The notes under the pieces were generated by a model, which saw nothing but the letters and a program-made list of their open reading frames with translations, was not told where the DNA came from and ran no database searches. Both the position numbers and the translations under genes were made by a program. From an uncultured Candidatus Saccharibacteria bacterium (GTDB taxonomy: Bacteria > Patescibacteriota > Minisyncoccia > UBA6257 > UBA9933), in the NCBI GenBank assembly GCA_964642155.1, contig CAZXNT010000003.1, forward strand, positions 899-64,898: DNA of 64,000 nucleotides. Reading direction: 5' to 3'. Shown piece by piece: positions 7,838-16,870 of the stretch. How positions within the stretch are numbered: the first letter of the stretch is position 1; each line of letters starts with the position of its first letter.

Positions 7838-10372
7838 CTATACAATTTCTATTTCTCCGCTTTTTATAACTGCTTTAACACTATCTCCTTTTGCAACTTC
7901 TCCCCTTAAAATTTTTTCCGCCAAAACAGAACGCAGTTTTTCAGAAATCACGCCGCGCAGGGGCCGGGCGCCGAAAACCGGGTCATAACCGAGTTCCGCT
8001 ATTTTACGCGTTGCTTCCTCGTCGCATGAAAAACCGATGCCCTGTTCTTCCAAACTTTTTGCCAATGATTTTAATTGGAATTTTGCGATTGCCACGATGT
8101 CCTCGCGGGAAAGATTTTTAAAAACAATTATTTGCGAAAATCGATTCAACAATTCCGGCTTGAAATATTCAGTAAGTTTTTTCTTTAATTCTTCGCTGAT
8201 TTTTTTAATATTATCGCCTGCTTCAATCCGTTCTTTGATAAAATTAGAATGGGCGTTGGAGGTGGCGATGATAATCGTATTGCTGAAATCAACCGTCCTG
8301 CCTAAACTATCGGTAAGCCGGCCATCATCAAAAACCTGCAAAAATAAATTTAAAATATCCGGATAAGCTTTTTCAAATTCATCAAGTAAAACTAAACTGA
8401 ACGGCTTTTGCATTATGGCGTCGGTAAGGCTGCCACTGATTTTTCCATCCGGCGTTCCGATAAATCTCATAATGCTTTCTTTTGTCTGATACTCTGACAT
8501 ATCAAAACGAACCATTAAATTTTCAGAGCCGAATTGTATTTTTGCCAGAATTTTTGAAAGCTCAGTCTTGCCCACGCCGGTCGGACCAACGAACAAAAAC
8601 GAGGCGATGGGTCCACCTTTGCGGCTTAATCCGCTGCGATATTCTCTTAACGCGCGGCTAACGGCTGAAACCGCCTGCTCCTGGTCAACTAAAAATTGAT
8701 GAATGATATTTTCCAAATTCAATAATTTTTTTGCTTCTTCTTTGCCCGCGCGACGCACCGGAATGTTTAATTTTCTTTCAACAACCGCGATAACATCATC
8801 TGCCTGAAGCAATCCGTCTTTGCAACTGATGGCGAACGACAAAGATTCTCTCAATAAATCCTGAGCGCTTGAAGGCAAAAGTTTCTGTCTAAAATATTTA
8901 TGGCTAAGTTCAACCGCGGCCTTAATGGCGCTGAAACTAATTGTTATTTTGTACTGTTTTTCCAAAATTAAACTGTCATACGCGAGAATTTTTATCGCAT
9001 CGTCTTCGCTTATTTCTTCAATACGAATATTTTCAAAAGCATTCGTAAAATCACTAAGCGGTTCAATAAACTGCTTAAATTCTCTCGGGTAAGTGGCGCC
9101 GATGAGCGGGAAAGCGTCGTTATTTATCACCGGCATTAAAATATCAGCCGCGTTCATTGTGTCTCCGGAAGTTTTAACTAAATTATGAATATCAGGTATG
9201 TAAAGAATAATATTCCCGGAAGAAATAATTTCTTCAACCACTTTATTGAGGCGGCTGGAAATTTCAGCAGTTGAAGCTCCGGAAATTAAATTACCTAATT
9301 GAAGCGAAACAACCCGTTTATCAAAAATTGATTCCGGAACTTCGTCTTTAATGATAGCATGCGCCAAAGCCGAAATAATGGCTTCTTTGCCGCTTCCGGG
9401 CTCGCCGACAAGCAAAGCATTCGGCTTAATGGAACGCGACAAGATATCAATTAAACGGTTATATTCCTGCTGATGGCCGATTAAAAATCCAGCTTCGCCG
9501 GCAGCAGCCATGTCGGTAAAATCAATGCTAAAACTATCAAGTGTGGGAGTTGGCCTGGAAGTCCAAGCGCGATTCATCACCCGATGCCTAATTTTTTTAG
9601 GACGCGAAGCAAAGCCGCCTAAATTTTTGGGCAAACTACTCCAAAATCCCTTTTTAAAGCGGCTGAAAATCATCGCCTTTTCCAAATCCAACGGATTAAT
9701 TTCAAAAAAAGTAAAAATTTTATTCGTCTGGGAATCATTAATTTCGCCTAAAGCCGAAAATAAATCAACCGGCTCAATAAAACGATTGTTATTGGCAATG
9801 GCGACAATAAAAGCCGCTTTTGCGATTAATTCTATTTGGAGCAATAATTCTTTTTTATCGGTTTTATTTCTTTCCGCGTCGCTTTTAATAATCGCATCCG
9901 CTTGTTTTTTCATTTCCTCAGCGTCAATATCCATCCGCGAAAGCCCGTTCTTGATTTCCGGGAGTTGAACAAGAAATTTTAACGCTTGCAGATAAAAATT
10001 ACCTCCAACCGCCGATGTTTTGTCAAAAGCCGATTCTAAAATCCTAAAACTTGCGGAAGAAAAATAACGGGCAGTATTGATATTTTCCGGCAAGATAGTT
10101 TCATGATTTTTCCGACGGCTTAAACGCGGAAAATGCCTTGTTAAGCCGATAAATGATTTTTGAGCTTGGCCCAAATGAATAATTTTGTCTCCCAAAAATA
10201 ACGCGATGAAAATTCCTATCCAAAATAATGGTTTAATGTCTGAAAATAAAAAAGTGATGCCGGCGACCGCAAAAACCGAATATGACGAATAATAAATCAA
10301 CCGCGTTAAAAAACGCGAAAAATGACTCATTTGAAAACGCAAATCTTGAAAATATAAATTATTAATATCCAT
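7838..10372 (-). CDS. Clp/Hsp100 AAA+ ATPase (ClpC/ClpA-like) with N-terminal transmembrane extension and degenerate first nucleotide-binding domain
   Basis: Clp N-repeat NNRFIEPVDLFSALG. NBD1 Walker A is GEPGSGKE and Walker B is IPDIHNL, both non-canonical. NBD2 is intact (GPTGVGKTE, LLDEFEKAYPD, sensor/arginine region). The first ~90 aa are hydrophobic. Confidence 0.8.
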   Translation of the reverse strand: MDINNLYFQDLRFQMSHFSRFLTRLIYYSSYSVFAVAGITFLFSDIKPLFWIGIFIALFLGDKIIHLGQAQKSFIGLTRHFPRLSRRKNHETILPENINTARYFSSASFRILESAFDKTSAVGGNFYLQALKFLVQLPEIKNGLSRMDIDAEEMKKQADAIIKSDAERNKTDKKELLLQIELIAKAAFIVAIANNNRFIEPVDLFSALGEINDSQTNKIFTFFEINPLDLEKAMIFSRFKKGFWSSLPKNLGGFASRPKKIRHRVMNRAWTSRPTPTLDSFSIDFTDMAAAGEAGFLIGHQQEYNRLIDILSRSIKPNALLVGEPGSGKEAIISALAHAIIKDEVPESIFDKRVVSLQLGNLISGASTAEISSRLNKVVEEIISSGNIILYIPDIHNLVKTSGDTMNAADILMPVINNDAFPLIGATYPREFKQFIEPLSDFTNAFENIRIEEISEDDAIKILAYDSLILEKQYKITISFSAIKAAVELSHKYFRQKLLPSSAQDLLRESLSFAISCKDGLLQADDVIAVVERKLNIPVRRAGKEEAKKLLNLENIIHQFLVDQEQAVSAVSRALREYRSGLSRKGGPIASFLFVGPTGVGKTELSKILAKIQFGSENLMVRFDMSEYQTKESIMRFIGTPDGKISGSLTDAIMQKPFSLVLLDEFEKAYPDILNLFLQVFDDGRLTDSLGRTVDFSNTIIIATSNAHSNFIKERIEAGDNIKKISEELKKKLTEYFKPELLNRFSQIIVFKNLSREDIVAIAKFQLKSLAKSLEEQGIGFSCDEEATRKIAELGYDPVFGARPLRGVISEKLRSVLAEKILRGEVAKGDSVKAVIKSGEIEIV

Positions 10373-10712
10373 ATAAAATCTTATAAATCACAAAAATCGG
10401 AAACGCCAGCCAAATCAAATATAATCCCGCTGCCGCTCCAATAATAACTAAATAAAATAATCCTCCCACAAGAAGCCTTTGCAATCTGAAAATAAATCCC
10501 AAAATATATCCCAAAACAGTTCTATCTTGATAGAGCGGATGAAAAAGATAACGCCAAGTTATTTTAAAAGCGAAAAATCTGTCAATTTTTTCAAGAAACG
10601 AAACAATAAATTGGCTGTAAACAAAAAAACTATTAATGTACCAATGGCGCAAAAACTCTTTAATGCGAAATATAGAGTGATTTAAAAGGTAAATAAACAA
10701 CATAAATTTCAC
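10362..10712 (-). CDS. hypothetical membrane protein
   Basis: 116 aa hydrophobic ORF with no recognisable motif. Confidence 0.35.
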   Translation of the reverse strand: MKFMLFIYLLNHSIFRIKEFLRHWYINSFFVYSQFIVSFLEKIDRFFAFKITWRYLFHPLYQDRTVLGYILGFIFRLQRLLVGGLFYLVIIGAAAGLYLIWLAFPIFVIYKILYGY

Positions 10713-10719
10713 TAACTGT

Positions 10720-12105
10720 TTAGGGAGTTAAATATCTCACAATCACAATACCCGAACCGCCAGATCCTGCCAATCCTATTGGTGAATAATATTGCGATCC
10801 ACCGCCACCGCCACCGCCAGTGTTTACAGTCCCATTAACAGCATTGCCACCGCCGTAGCTAGTGCCTCGCCCGCCACCTCCAGTTCCTCCATTTCCATAA
10901 GTTACATCTCCACATCCTCCGCCACCGCCGGCATAAACCACAGAAGAACCGGAAATTGAATATGTAATACCATTGCCTCCATTTCCACCTTGATAATTCA
11001 AGGGAGCGTTTTGACCTACTGCATTAGCTCCTCCTCCTCCTCCAGCACCGTTATAAGAAGTGCATGGTGAATAACCATTACCTCCATTATTTCCTTGTCC
11101 TGAAGTTCCACTGCCACCCGAAGTTAAACAAGCTCCTCCTCCGCCACCACTACCTCCGGCAAGCCCATTTCCAGAATGTATTCCTCCACCTCCTCCACCA
11201 ATAGCTGTTATGGAACTAAAAATAGAATTACCGCCATTTGAGCCATTTGCCCCATCATTTGCTTGACCTCCGGCGCCTACGGTTACAGAAATATTCCCCG
11301 AGGAAACAGGAAAACTGGAATTATAAACATATCCTCCAGCTCCGCCACCACCGCCCCTCATTCCACCGCCGCCTCCACCGCCGCCCACAACAAGAACTTG
11401 GACATTGCCGCTACCTGTAACTGCGAATGTTCCGTTTGATGTAAAGGTATGAACTGTAAACGCCCCATCAGTTGTTGTTGCGCCGCCAGTAGCGCTAAAA
11501 GGAGTAGACGTAGACCCTCCTCCGGAAGTATTCCATAGGGCAAGGTCAGAGCCAAGTTCAAATCTGGTATTGTCATAACCTCCGTCATTCTGGGCAATGG
11601 GAAGGTATTTAACTGATTCTATTTTAGTTGTTAGAGACCAGGAACCTGGGATATAGGCGTAATAGTAGGAACTGTTATTAATGGGATCTACTGGAAGAAT
11701 TGCCAAGGGAGGACTTGCTTGGGTGGAATTGAAATTGACGGGTATCCAGCCTGTTCCGTCTGTTTTTCTGTATTCTGATTCTGGTTTACAGGTATATGTC
11801 CAACCTGCTGTGAGAGAAGGAAGGTCGGCAGAATATAAAGAACAGTTAGCATTGGAATCCGGGAGAGATAGATAGACGGCTGAAGAAGTGCCGTAATATA
11901 GAGTGTTGGAATTGAAGGTGTAGAGTCTTATGGCGTCGTCTATGACTTTGATTTCGGAGAGACGTTTGGCGTCTCTGGATTGTTTGAGGAGTTCCGCGGG
12001 GTTGAGAACCAATATGACGACTGTGGCTAAGGTTGCCAATACACCTATGACGATGAGGAGTTCAAGGAGGGTGAAGGCGGTTTTATTAAAAAAATTTTTA
12101 TTCAT
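10720..12105 (-). CDS. prepilin-type N-terminal domain protein with long glycine-rich C-terminal region
   Basis: Class III signal (basic leader, then AFTLLELLIVIGVLA with Glu at +5). The C-terminal ~250 aa are Gly/Asn/Ser-rich repeats ending GSGIVIVRY. Confidence 0.6.
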   Translation of the reverse strand: MNKNFFNKTAFTLLELLIVIGVLATLATVVILVLNPAELLKQSRDAKRLSEIKVIDDAIRLYTFNSNTLYYGTSSAVYLSLPDSNANCSLYSADLPSLTAGWTYTCKPESEYRKTDGTGWIPVNFNSTQASPPLAILPVDPINNSSYYYAYIPGSWSLTTKIESVKYLPIAQNDGGYDNTRFELGSDLALWNTSGGGSTSTPFSATGGATTTDGAFTVHTFTSNGTFAVTGSGNVQVLVVGGGGGGGGMRGGGGGAGGYVYNSSFPVSSGNISVTVGAGGQANDGANGSNGGNSIFSSITAIGGGGGGIHSGNGLAGGSGGGGGACLTSGGSGTSGQGNNGGNGYSPCTSYNGAGGGGGANAVGQNAPLNYQGGNGGNGITYSISGSSVVYAGGGGGCGDVTYGNGGTGGGGRGTSYGGGNAVNGTVNTGGGGGGGSQYYSPIGLAGSGGSGIVIVRYLTP

Positions 12106-12113
12106 AATTATAA

Positions 12114-13154
12114 TTATACCGGTATTAAATACTTTACTTCGCCTTTTTCAATAAACATTTTAATATTTTCAATATCGGTATCTAAAATGCGCTGCAACGC
12201 TTCTTTGGTATTAAAAGCGGTATGCGGCGTAATAACAACATTTGGCATATCAATTAAAACATGGTCGGCCAAAACAGCCCTAAGATTGTGCCCCTCCAAA
12301 CTGCCGGAAAGCAAAAATTGACGTTCATCTTTTATAATTCCCTCTTCTTCCAAAACATCCGCGCCATAGCCTCCTAAAATTTCTTCGCTCAAAGCTTTAA
12401 CCAAGGCTTCTGTTTCCACGAGCGGACCGCGCGCCGTATTGATAAGCAAAGCACCTTTTTTAATTTTAAGAATATTATTGGCGTTGATTATATGATGCGT
12501 GGATTCATTATAAGGAACGTGCAAGCTCACCACGTCCGAATTCGCCAATAATTCATCCAAAGAGACATATTTAAATCCCAATTCTTCCGCCATTTTTTGA
12601 TTTGGATAAGCATCAAAAGCCAGAACCTCCATCCCGAATCCCTTGGCGATTTTTACCATAAATCTGCCGATTCTGCCCGTGCCGACAATACCGATTGTTT
12701 TTCCGTTCAAATCAAATCCGCGCAACCCTTTAAAATCAAATTGCCCTTTCTCTTTGATGCGGTCGTACGCTTCAAAAATTTTCCGCGACAAACTAAGAAT
12801 CAAAGCAAAAGCGAATTCCGCCACAGTATTGTCGCCGTAACCCGGAATATAAGCGGTTAAAATTCCTTTTTCTTTGGCATAAGCCGCGTCAATGTGGTCA
12901 AAACCAGTGGAGCGGGTAGCGATAAGCTTCAAATTCGGGAAAGCGTCAATAACTTCTTTTTTGATTTCCGAGCCGACAAAAACCGAAATAACGTCAAAAT
13001 CAAATCTGAAAGATTTGTCCTGAGCCAGCCGAAGGACTTCGTCCTTATTTAATTTCCCATCATAAAAAAACAATTCCTGATTACTGATTACTGATTTCTG
13101 ATTCCTAATATAATCGGTTTCCCAATTTTCTATTTCAAAGAATGCGATCTTCAT
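12114..13154 (-). CDS. D-isomer-specific 2-hydroxyacid dehydrogenase (D-lactate/phosphoglycerate dehydrogenase family)
   Basis: NAD-binding GIVGTGRIGRFMVKIAKGFGMEV, catalytic R/E/H pattern, 346 aa. Confidence 0.85.
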   Translation of the reverse strand: MKIAFFEIENWETDYIRNQKSVISNQELFFYDGKLNKDEVLRLAQDKSFRFDFDVISVFVGSEIKKEVIDAFPNLKLIATRSTGFDHIDAAYAKEKGILTAYIPGYGDNTVAEFAFALILSLSRKIFEAYDRIKEKGQFDFKGLRGFDLNGKTIGIVGTGRIGRFMVKIAKGFGMEVLAFDAYPNQKMAEELGFKYVSLDELLANSDVVSLHVPYNESTHHIINANNILKIKKGALLINTARGPLVETEALVKALSEEILGGYGADVLEEEGIIKDERQFLLSGSLEGHNLRAVLADHVLIDMPNVVITPHTAFNTKEALQRILDTDIENIKMFIEKGEVKYLIPV

Positions 13155-13160
13155 AGTTTT

Positions 13161-13189
13161 ATTTTACAATAAATTAGATTATGGAGCAA
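13161..13189 (-). promoter_or_regulatory. sigma70-like promoter TTGCTC-N17-TAAAAT; ATG 6 nt downstream (leaderless)
   Basis: Minus-strand reading TTGCTCCATAATCTAATTTATTGTAAAATAAAACTATG. Nearly identical copy at 14201..14229. Confidence 0.45.
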
Positions 13190-13250
13190 ATCAATTATTG
13201 GCGCCTATTTAATTTTTGCTTTATTTTTCAAAAATATATAAACTTGATTT

Positions 13251-13730
13251 ATGGAGGACTTATCAAATTATAATAAATTAAAGGAAGATGCACAAAAATT
13301 CTATAATGACATAGGAAAGATTTTTTCTCCCGCTCTTAATCAAAATATTCATTTCAACGCAGAAGGATTTAATCATATCGTTTTTAAAAGCGCTCGATCC
13401 GAAAGAGAACGATCATCTCAAATATTAAGATTTAAATTATTGCCTTTGGCAATTAAACTAATAAAAATATCTACTACTTATCAAGAATTTGAAGAAACAC
13501 TGAAAGAGTTTTCTGTTAAAAGTTTTAAAAAACGCATCCAAAAAACTCAACCAGTAAAATATTGGGGTATTATCGCCATAATTGATGGTAGAAAAATAAA
13601 AATAATAATCAGGCGGATTGGAGATAATGGCATAATGCACTTTTGGAGTATCGTGCCTGCTTGGACCACAAACAAACATCGCGATATAAGATTTTTTACA
13701 ACAATGAAAGGTAATCCGGAAGAAGATTAA
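13251..13730 (+). CDS. hypothetical protein
   Basis: 159-aa ORF followed by a terminator. No recognisable domain. Confidence 0.4.
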   Translation: MEDLSNYNKLKEDAQKFYNDIGKIFSPALNQNIHFNAEGFNHIVFKSARSERERSSQILRFKLLPLAIKLIKISTTYQEFEETLKEFSVKSFKKRIQKTQPVKYWGIIAIIDGRKIKIIIRRIGDNGIMHFWSIVPAWTTNKHRDIRFFTTMKGNPEED

Positions 13731-13738
13731 AAACAAAA

Positions 13739-13765
13739 ACACCGCCATAAAGCGGTATTTTTGTT
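13739..13765 (+). terminator. rho-independent terminator
   Basis: accgc-cataaa-gcggt followed by atttttgtt. Confidence 0.5.
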
Positions 13766-13906
13766 ATGCTTGCCTTCAGCTTATGTATTAGCCGAATAGG
13801 GCTGACGCCCCACAAGCACATTATTACCATAAAGCATAATACATCAAAAATCAAGAGAAAAATGTGAATAACTCAATTTATTACCAACAACAAAAAATCC
13901 ACAATT

Positions 13907-14194
13907 TTATTTATTACTTCGTTCTTCTTCTATTTTTTCAAGACCATAATTTATCGTTTCTTCTTTCCATCCATCATTTTTAAGGAGGTCTTTCAAATAT
14001 CTTTCTCTTTCTTGGTGATATTCTTCATTCGTTTTATAAAGACCCCAAATAACAACAGCAAAAAAAGTGATTGTTGCCCCAACCTTAATTCCCAAAATAA
14101 TCGATGGTGCAAAAACTATAATATAAACTAAACCAATCCATTTTATTATATTAATTATCATTTCGGTCCAATTCTTTCCCAAAATATTTTTCAT
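13907..14194 (-). CDS. small membrane protein (2 TM) with charged C-terminal tail
   Basis: 95-aa ORF preceded by the duplicated promoter. Confidence 0.45.
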   Translation of the reverse strand: MKNILGKNWTEMIINIIKWIGLVYIIVFAPSIILGIKVGATITFFAVVIWGLYKTNEEYHQERERYLKDLLKNDGWKEETINYGLEKIEEERSNK

Positions 14195-14200
14195 ATATCT

Positions 14201-14229
14201 ATTTTACAATAAATTAGATTATAGAGCAA
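14201..14229 (-). promoter_or_regulatory. second copy of the TTGCTC-N17-TAAAAT leaderless promoter
   Basis: Minus-strand reading TTGCTCTATAATCTAATTTATTGTAAAATAGATATATG. Confidence 0.45.
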
Positions 14230-14241
14230 ATTGATTTTTTA

Positions 14242-14865
14242 TTATCTTCTAATCATCTCCAATTTTCCATTTTTAAGCTTAATTAAGGCGGATGGTCGGC
14301 CGGATATTTTTCCGGCGTCATAATAAACAACTTTATTTTCAAAATATTTTCTTGCCTCTTTTATGTTTTTAGCTGGTTTTTCTCCTTCCCAATTGGCGCT
14401 CGGCGCAACAAGCGGACCGGAAATTTTTAAAACCTTCGTCAAAAATTCGCTTTTGGGCATTCGAACGGCCAATGTCTCGGTCCCGCGATGAAGATATTCA
14501 AATTTTTTACCGGGGCATTTTAAAATAACGCTGATTTTTGCCGGCCATATCTTTTTTAAAATTTTTCTATCCGCCCCAGAAATTTTAATCCCAAAATTTT
14601 TTAAATCATTAAAATCCGAAATTAAAACTATCATCGGCTTTTTAAAATTCCTTTTTCTCAATTTGTAAATTTTTTCAACCGCGCTTTTATCCAGCGCCGA
14701 GCCACAAATCCCGTAAATCGTGTCAGTCGGCATCACCGCCACCGCCCCGTCTTTTAAAAGCAACGCCAATTTGCGCCACGCCAAAGCTTGCTCGCCTTTT
14801 AAAACTTTTTCACTGAAATTTTTTATTACACTCTTATTTTTCATCTTTTGGCTTCGGCTTGGCAC
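14242..14865 (-). CDS. tsaC: L-threonylcarbamoyladenylate synthase (TsaC/YrdC family)
   Basis: YrdC fold signature VMPTDTIYGICGSAL...PMIVLISD. Confidence 0.85.
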   Translation of the reverse strand: MPSRSQKMKNKSVIKNFSEKVLKGEQALAWRKLALLLKDGAVAVMPTDTIYGICGSALDKSAVEKIYKLRKRNFKKPMIVLISDFNDLKNFGIKISGADRKILKKIWPAKISVILKCPGKKFEYLHRGTETLAVRMPKSEFLTKVLKISGPLVAPSANWEGEKPAKNIKEARKYFENKVVYYDAGKISGRPSALIKLKNGKLEMIRR

Positions 14866-15221
14866 ACTTGCTCTTCATCCATTCCGAAATGATGGGCGAT
14901 TTCATGCCAAACGGTATTTTTTACTATTTCTTTAATGTCTTTCTCGTCGCGCGCTTCTTCTTCAATCGGTTTTTGAAAAATAGTTATTTTATCCGGCAAC
15001 ACAAAAGTATAATTTGCTCCGCGTTCCAATTGCGGCACGCCTTCGTATAAACCAAATAGCGTCCAGTTTGGGTGAATGTTTAATTTCTTCTTTTGGGCTG
15101 GCGTTGGCTTATCTTCAATAACGATTACCACATTTTTTAGTTTTCGTAAAAACTTTTCCGGGATTGCTTTTATTCCTTCTTCCACAAATTTCTCAAATTT
15201 TGCCTGATTTAATTTTCTCAT
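14841..15221 (-). CDS. zincin-like metallopeptidase family protein
   Basis: HEIAHHFGMDEE (HExxH) near the C-terminus, 126 aa. Confidence 0.6.
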   Translation of the reverse strand: MRKLNQAKFEKFVEEGIKAIPEKFLRKLKNVVIVIEDKPTPAQKKKLNIHPNWTLFGLYEGVPQLERGANYTFVLPDKITIFQKPIEEEARDEKDIKEIVKNTVWHEIAHHFGMDEEQVCQAEAKR

Positions 15222-15290
15222 AAATTTACTTGCCCCGTAGCAAGCTTTGCCTTACTACTGGGGTTCGTCTAATTTTTTTATGGTCAACTC

Positions 15291-15318
15291 ATTGAACAAT
15301 TCTATGGAATTGTTCAAT
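15291..15318. promoter_or_regulatory. 12-4-12 inverted repeat ATTGAACAATTC-TATG-GAATTGTTCAAT (putative ArsR-type operator), copy 1
   Basis: Seen directly. Lies upstream of the metallopeptidase/tsaC unit and 10 bp downstream of the ArsR stop. Confidence 0.5.
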
Positions 15319-15328
15319 AACTGCTTAA

Positions 15329-15595
15329 CTACTTTATTGTAATTTCAATTATTTTTTGGAAATCTTTGGGCATTTGAGGATTTATAGAATAAAAAACATG
15401 CCCCTCAACGCCTTGCGCATCCAAAACATCCAGATTTTTAAGTATGGCAAGGTGGTTAGAAGTGGCTTTAAAAGAAATATTCAAATCCTCCGCAATATCG
15501 CCGACATTCATCTTGTGGCCACCGGTCAGCATTTTAATTATTTTTAGCCGGTTAATATTGGCCAAAGCTCTAAAAATTACAGTCCATCTTTTCAT
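15329..15595 (-). CDS. ArsR/SmtB family transcriptional regulator
   Basis: Winged HTH INRLKIIKML...DIAEDLNISFKATSNHLAILKNLDVL. Confidence 0.8.
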   Translation of the reverse strand: MKRWTVIFRALANINRLKIIKMLTGGHKMNVGDIAEDLNISFKATSNHLAILKNLDVLDAQGVEGHVFYSINPQMPKDFQKIIEITIK

Positions 15596-15620
15596 ATAAT
15601 AATATTATAGGATAATTTAT

Positions 15621-15650
15621 CATTGTACAATTCTATGGAATTGTACAATG
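15621..15650. promoter_or_regulatory. operator copy 2 (CATTGTACAATTC-TATG-GAATTGTACAATG) immediately upstream of the ArsR start
   Basis: Compensatory A/T change in both arms preserves the dyad symmetry. Confidence 0.5.
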
Positions 15651-15686
15651 AGTTAATCGCCTATTTTTTTTGTTAACCAAGAAATT

Positions 15687-16214
15687 TTATTCATATTCCC
15701 ACTCTATTATTAAAAGATTCTTTTTTTTAATTCCGCAAGCTAATGCCCCTTCAATAAACTTAGTTTGTGCTTTTGTTAATTTATCTTTTCCTTTGTGTTT
15801 ACTTTCACAAAATAAAATATCCCCATTCTTCCAAAGAAACACATCAAAACAAGCAGTGGTTTTTCCTGCTTTCCATATACGCTTTAACAAATTTTCTTTA
15901 TCTTCTGGTATGGGGATACTGCTTTGGGCCAATTTCCAACTATTGGGCATGGTCCGAATAAAATTTTTTCCCCCATAAGTTTCCACCCAAACTCCATCCC
16001 ATCCCAATGAAGTAAATAACTTTAAGATAGCGAGTTCTGCAAATGTGGCTTTACTATTATATTTAACGAAGGGCTTTTTACCAAAATCAAATCTTGGCAC
16101 TTTACCCGCCCACCTCCTAAAAACTGCGTAGTATAAGGGCAACGTTACTTTTTTACCAGATGGCAATAATACTGTTGTCTTATTAATATTTTTTAGCTCC
16201 GGTGGTATAGTCAT
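15687..16214 (-). CDS. VRR-NUC domain (PD-(D/E)xK) nuclease family protein
   Basis: CFDVFLW...ILFCESKHKGKDKLTKAQTKFIEGALACG matches the VRR-NUC D...ExK core. Confidence 0.6.
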   Translation of the reverse strand: MTIPPELKNINKTTVLLPSGKKVTLPLYYAVFRRWAGKVPRFDFGKKPFVKYNSKATFAELAILKLFTSLGWDGVWVETYGGKNFIRTMPNSWKLAQSSIPIPEDKENLLKRIWKAGKTTACFDVFLWKNGDILFCESKHKGKDKLTKAQTKFIEGALACGIKKKNLLIIEWEYE

Positions 16215-16248
16215 AATTTATTCTCCCAATTTTTTTTGTTGGCCGAAT

Positions 16249-16278
16249 CATTGAACAATTCTATGGAATTGTTCAATG
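16249..16278. promoter_or_regulatory. operator copy 3 (CATTGAACAATTC-TATG-GAATTGTTCAATG) upstream of the VRR-NUC gene
   Basis: Seen directly. Confidence 0.5.
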
Positions 16279-16287
16279 AAAATTAAA

Positions 16288-16803
16288 TTAATTAAGTTTT
16301 TGACTTTTTATTGAATTATTAAGCGTTGGTTTCAAATATTTTTCCACCAAGGCGTCATATTTTTTAAGAATATCTTTAGAGATATTCAAATAATCCGCTT
16401 TTTCTAACGGCCAACCTTTTAATCTTTTGTTTTTATCGTGATAAGGCGGTTTTGTTATTAAAAAATAAGGTTCTTGATAACAATTCACAAAAATGATTAT
16501 TGGTTGCCAAAAATGATTTAACCGATTCAACATTTCAAAATCGTTTTTATGCCACTTCGGACTCCAACGGAATTTGACTTCAATAAAAAATGGTTCGCCC
16601 TTTTTATTGATTACCAATAAATCCGGGATAGAACGTATTTTCTCCCCTATTTCGGTATGCCGGTCAAAAACTTTCTCAACTTGTGTTAAATTTTGTAATG
16701 TTGATTCGTAACCGAAACGATAAACTTGATTACCGGCTTCCCGCAAAATTTCGCTAACTAATGATTCCGCCATCCGGCCTTTTAAAATTGACTCAGGATT
16801 CAT
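16288..16803 (-). CDS. PD-(D/E)xK nuclease superfamily protein (YraN/Hjc-like core)
   Basis: GRMAESLVSEILREAGNQV ... PDLLVINKKGEPFFIEVKFR pattern. Confidence 0.5.
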   Translation of the reverse strand: MNPESILKGRMAESLVSEILREAGNQVYRFGYESTLQNLTQVEKVFDRHTEIGEKIRSIPDLLVINKKGEPFFIEVKFRWSPKWHKNDFEMLNRLNHFWQPIIIFVNCYQEPYFLITKPPYHDKNKRLKGWPLEKADYLNISKDILKKYDALVEKYLKPTLNNSIKSQKLN

Positions 16804-16830
16804 AAATTCATTTTACCACATCAACAACAA

Positions 16831-16866
16831 AAAATCCGCCCCGCTAAACGGGGACGGTTTTTATTA
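16831..16866. terminator. bidirectional hairpin terminator
   Basis: aaaaatccgccccgctaaacggggacggttttt. A tract on one side and T tract on the other. Follows the clpP stop. Confidence 0.5.
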
Positions 16867-16870
16867 AAAT

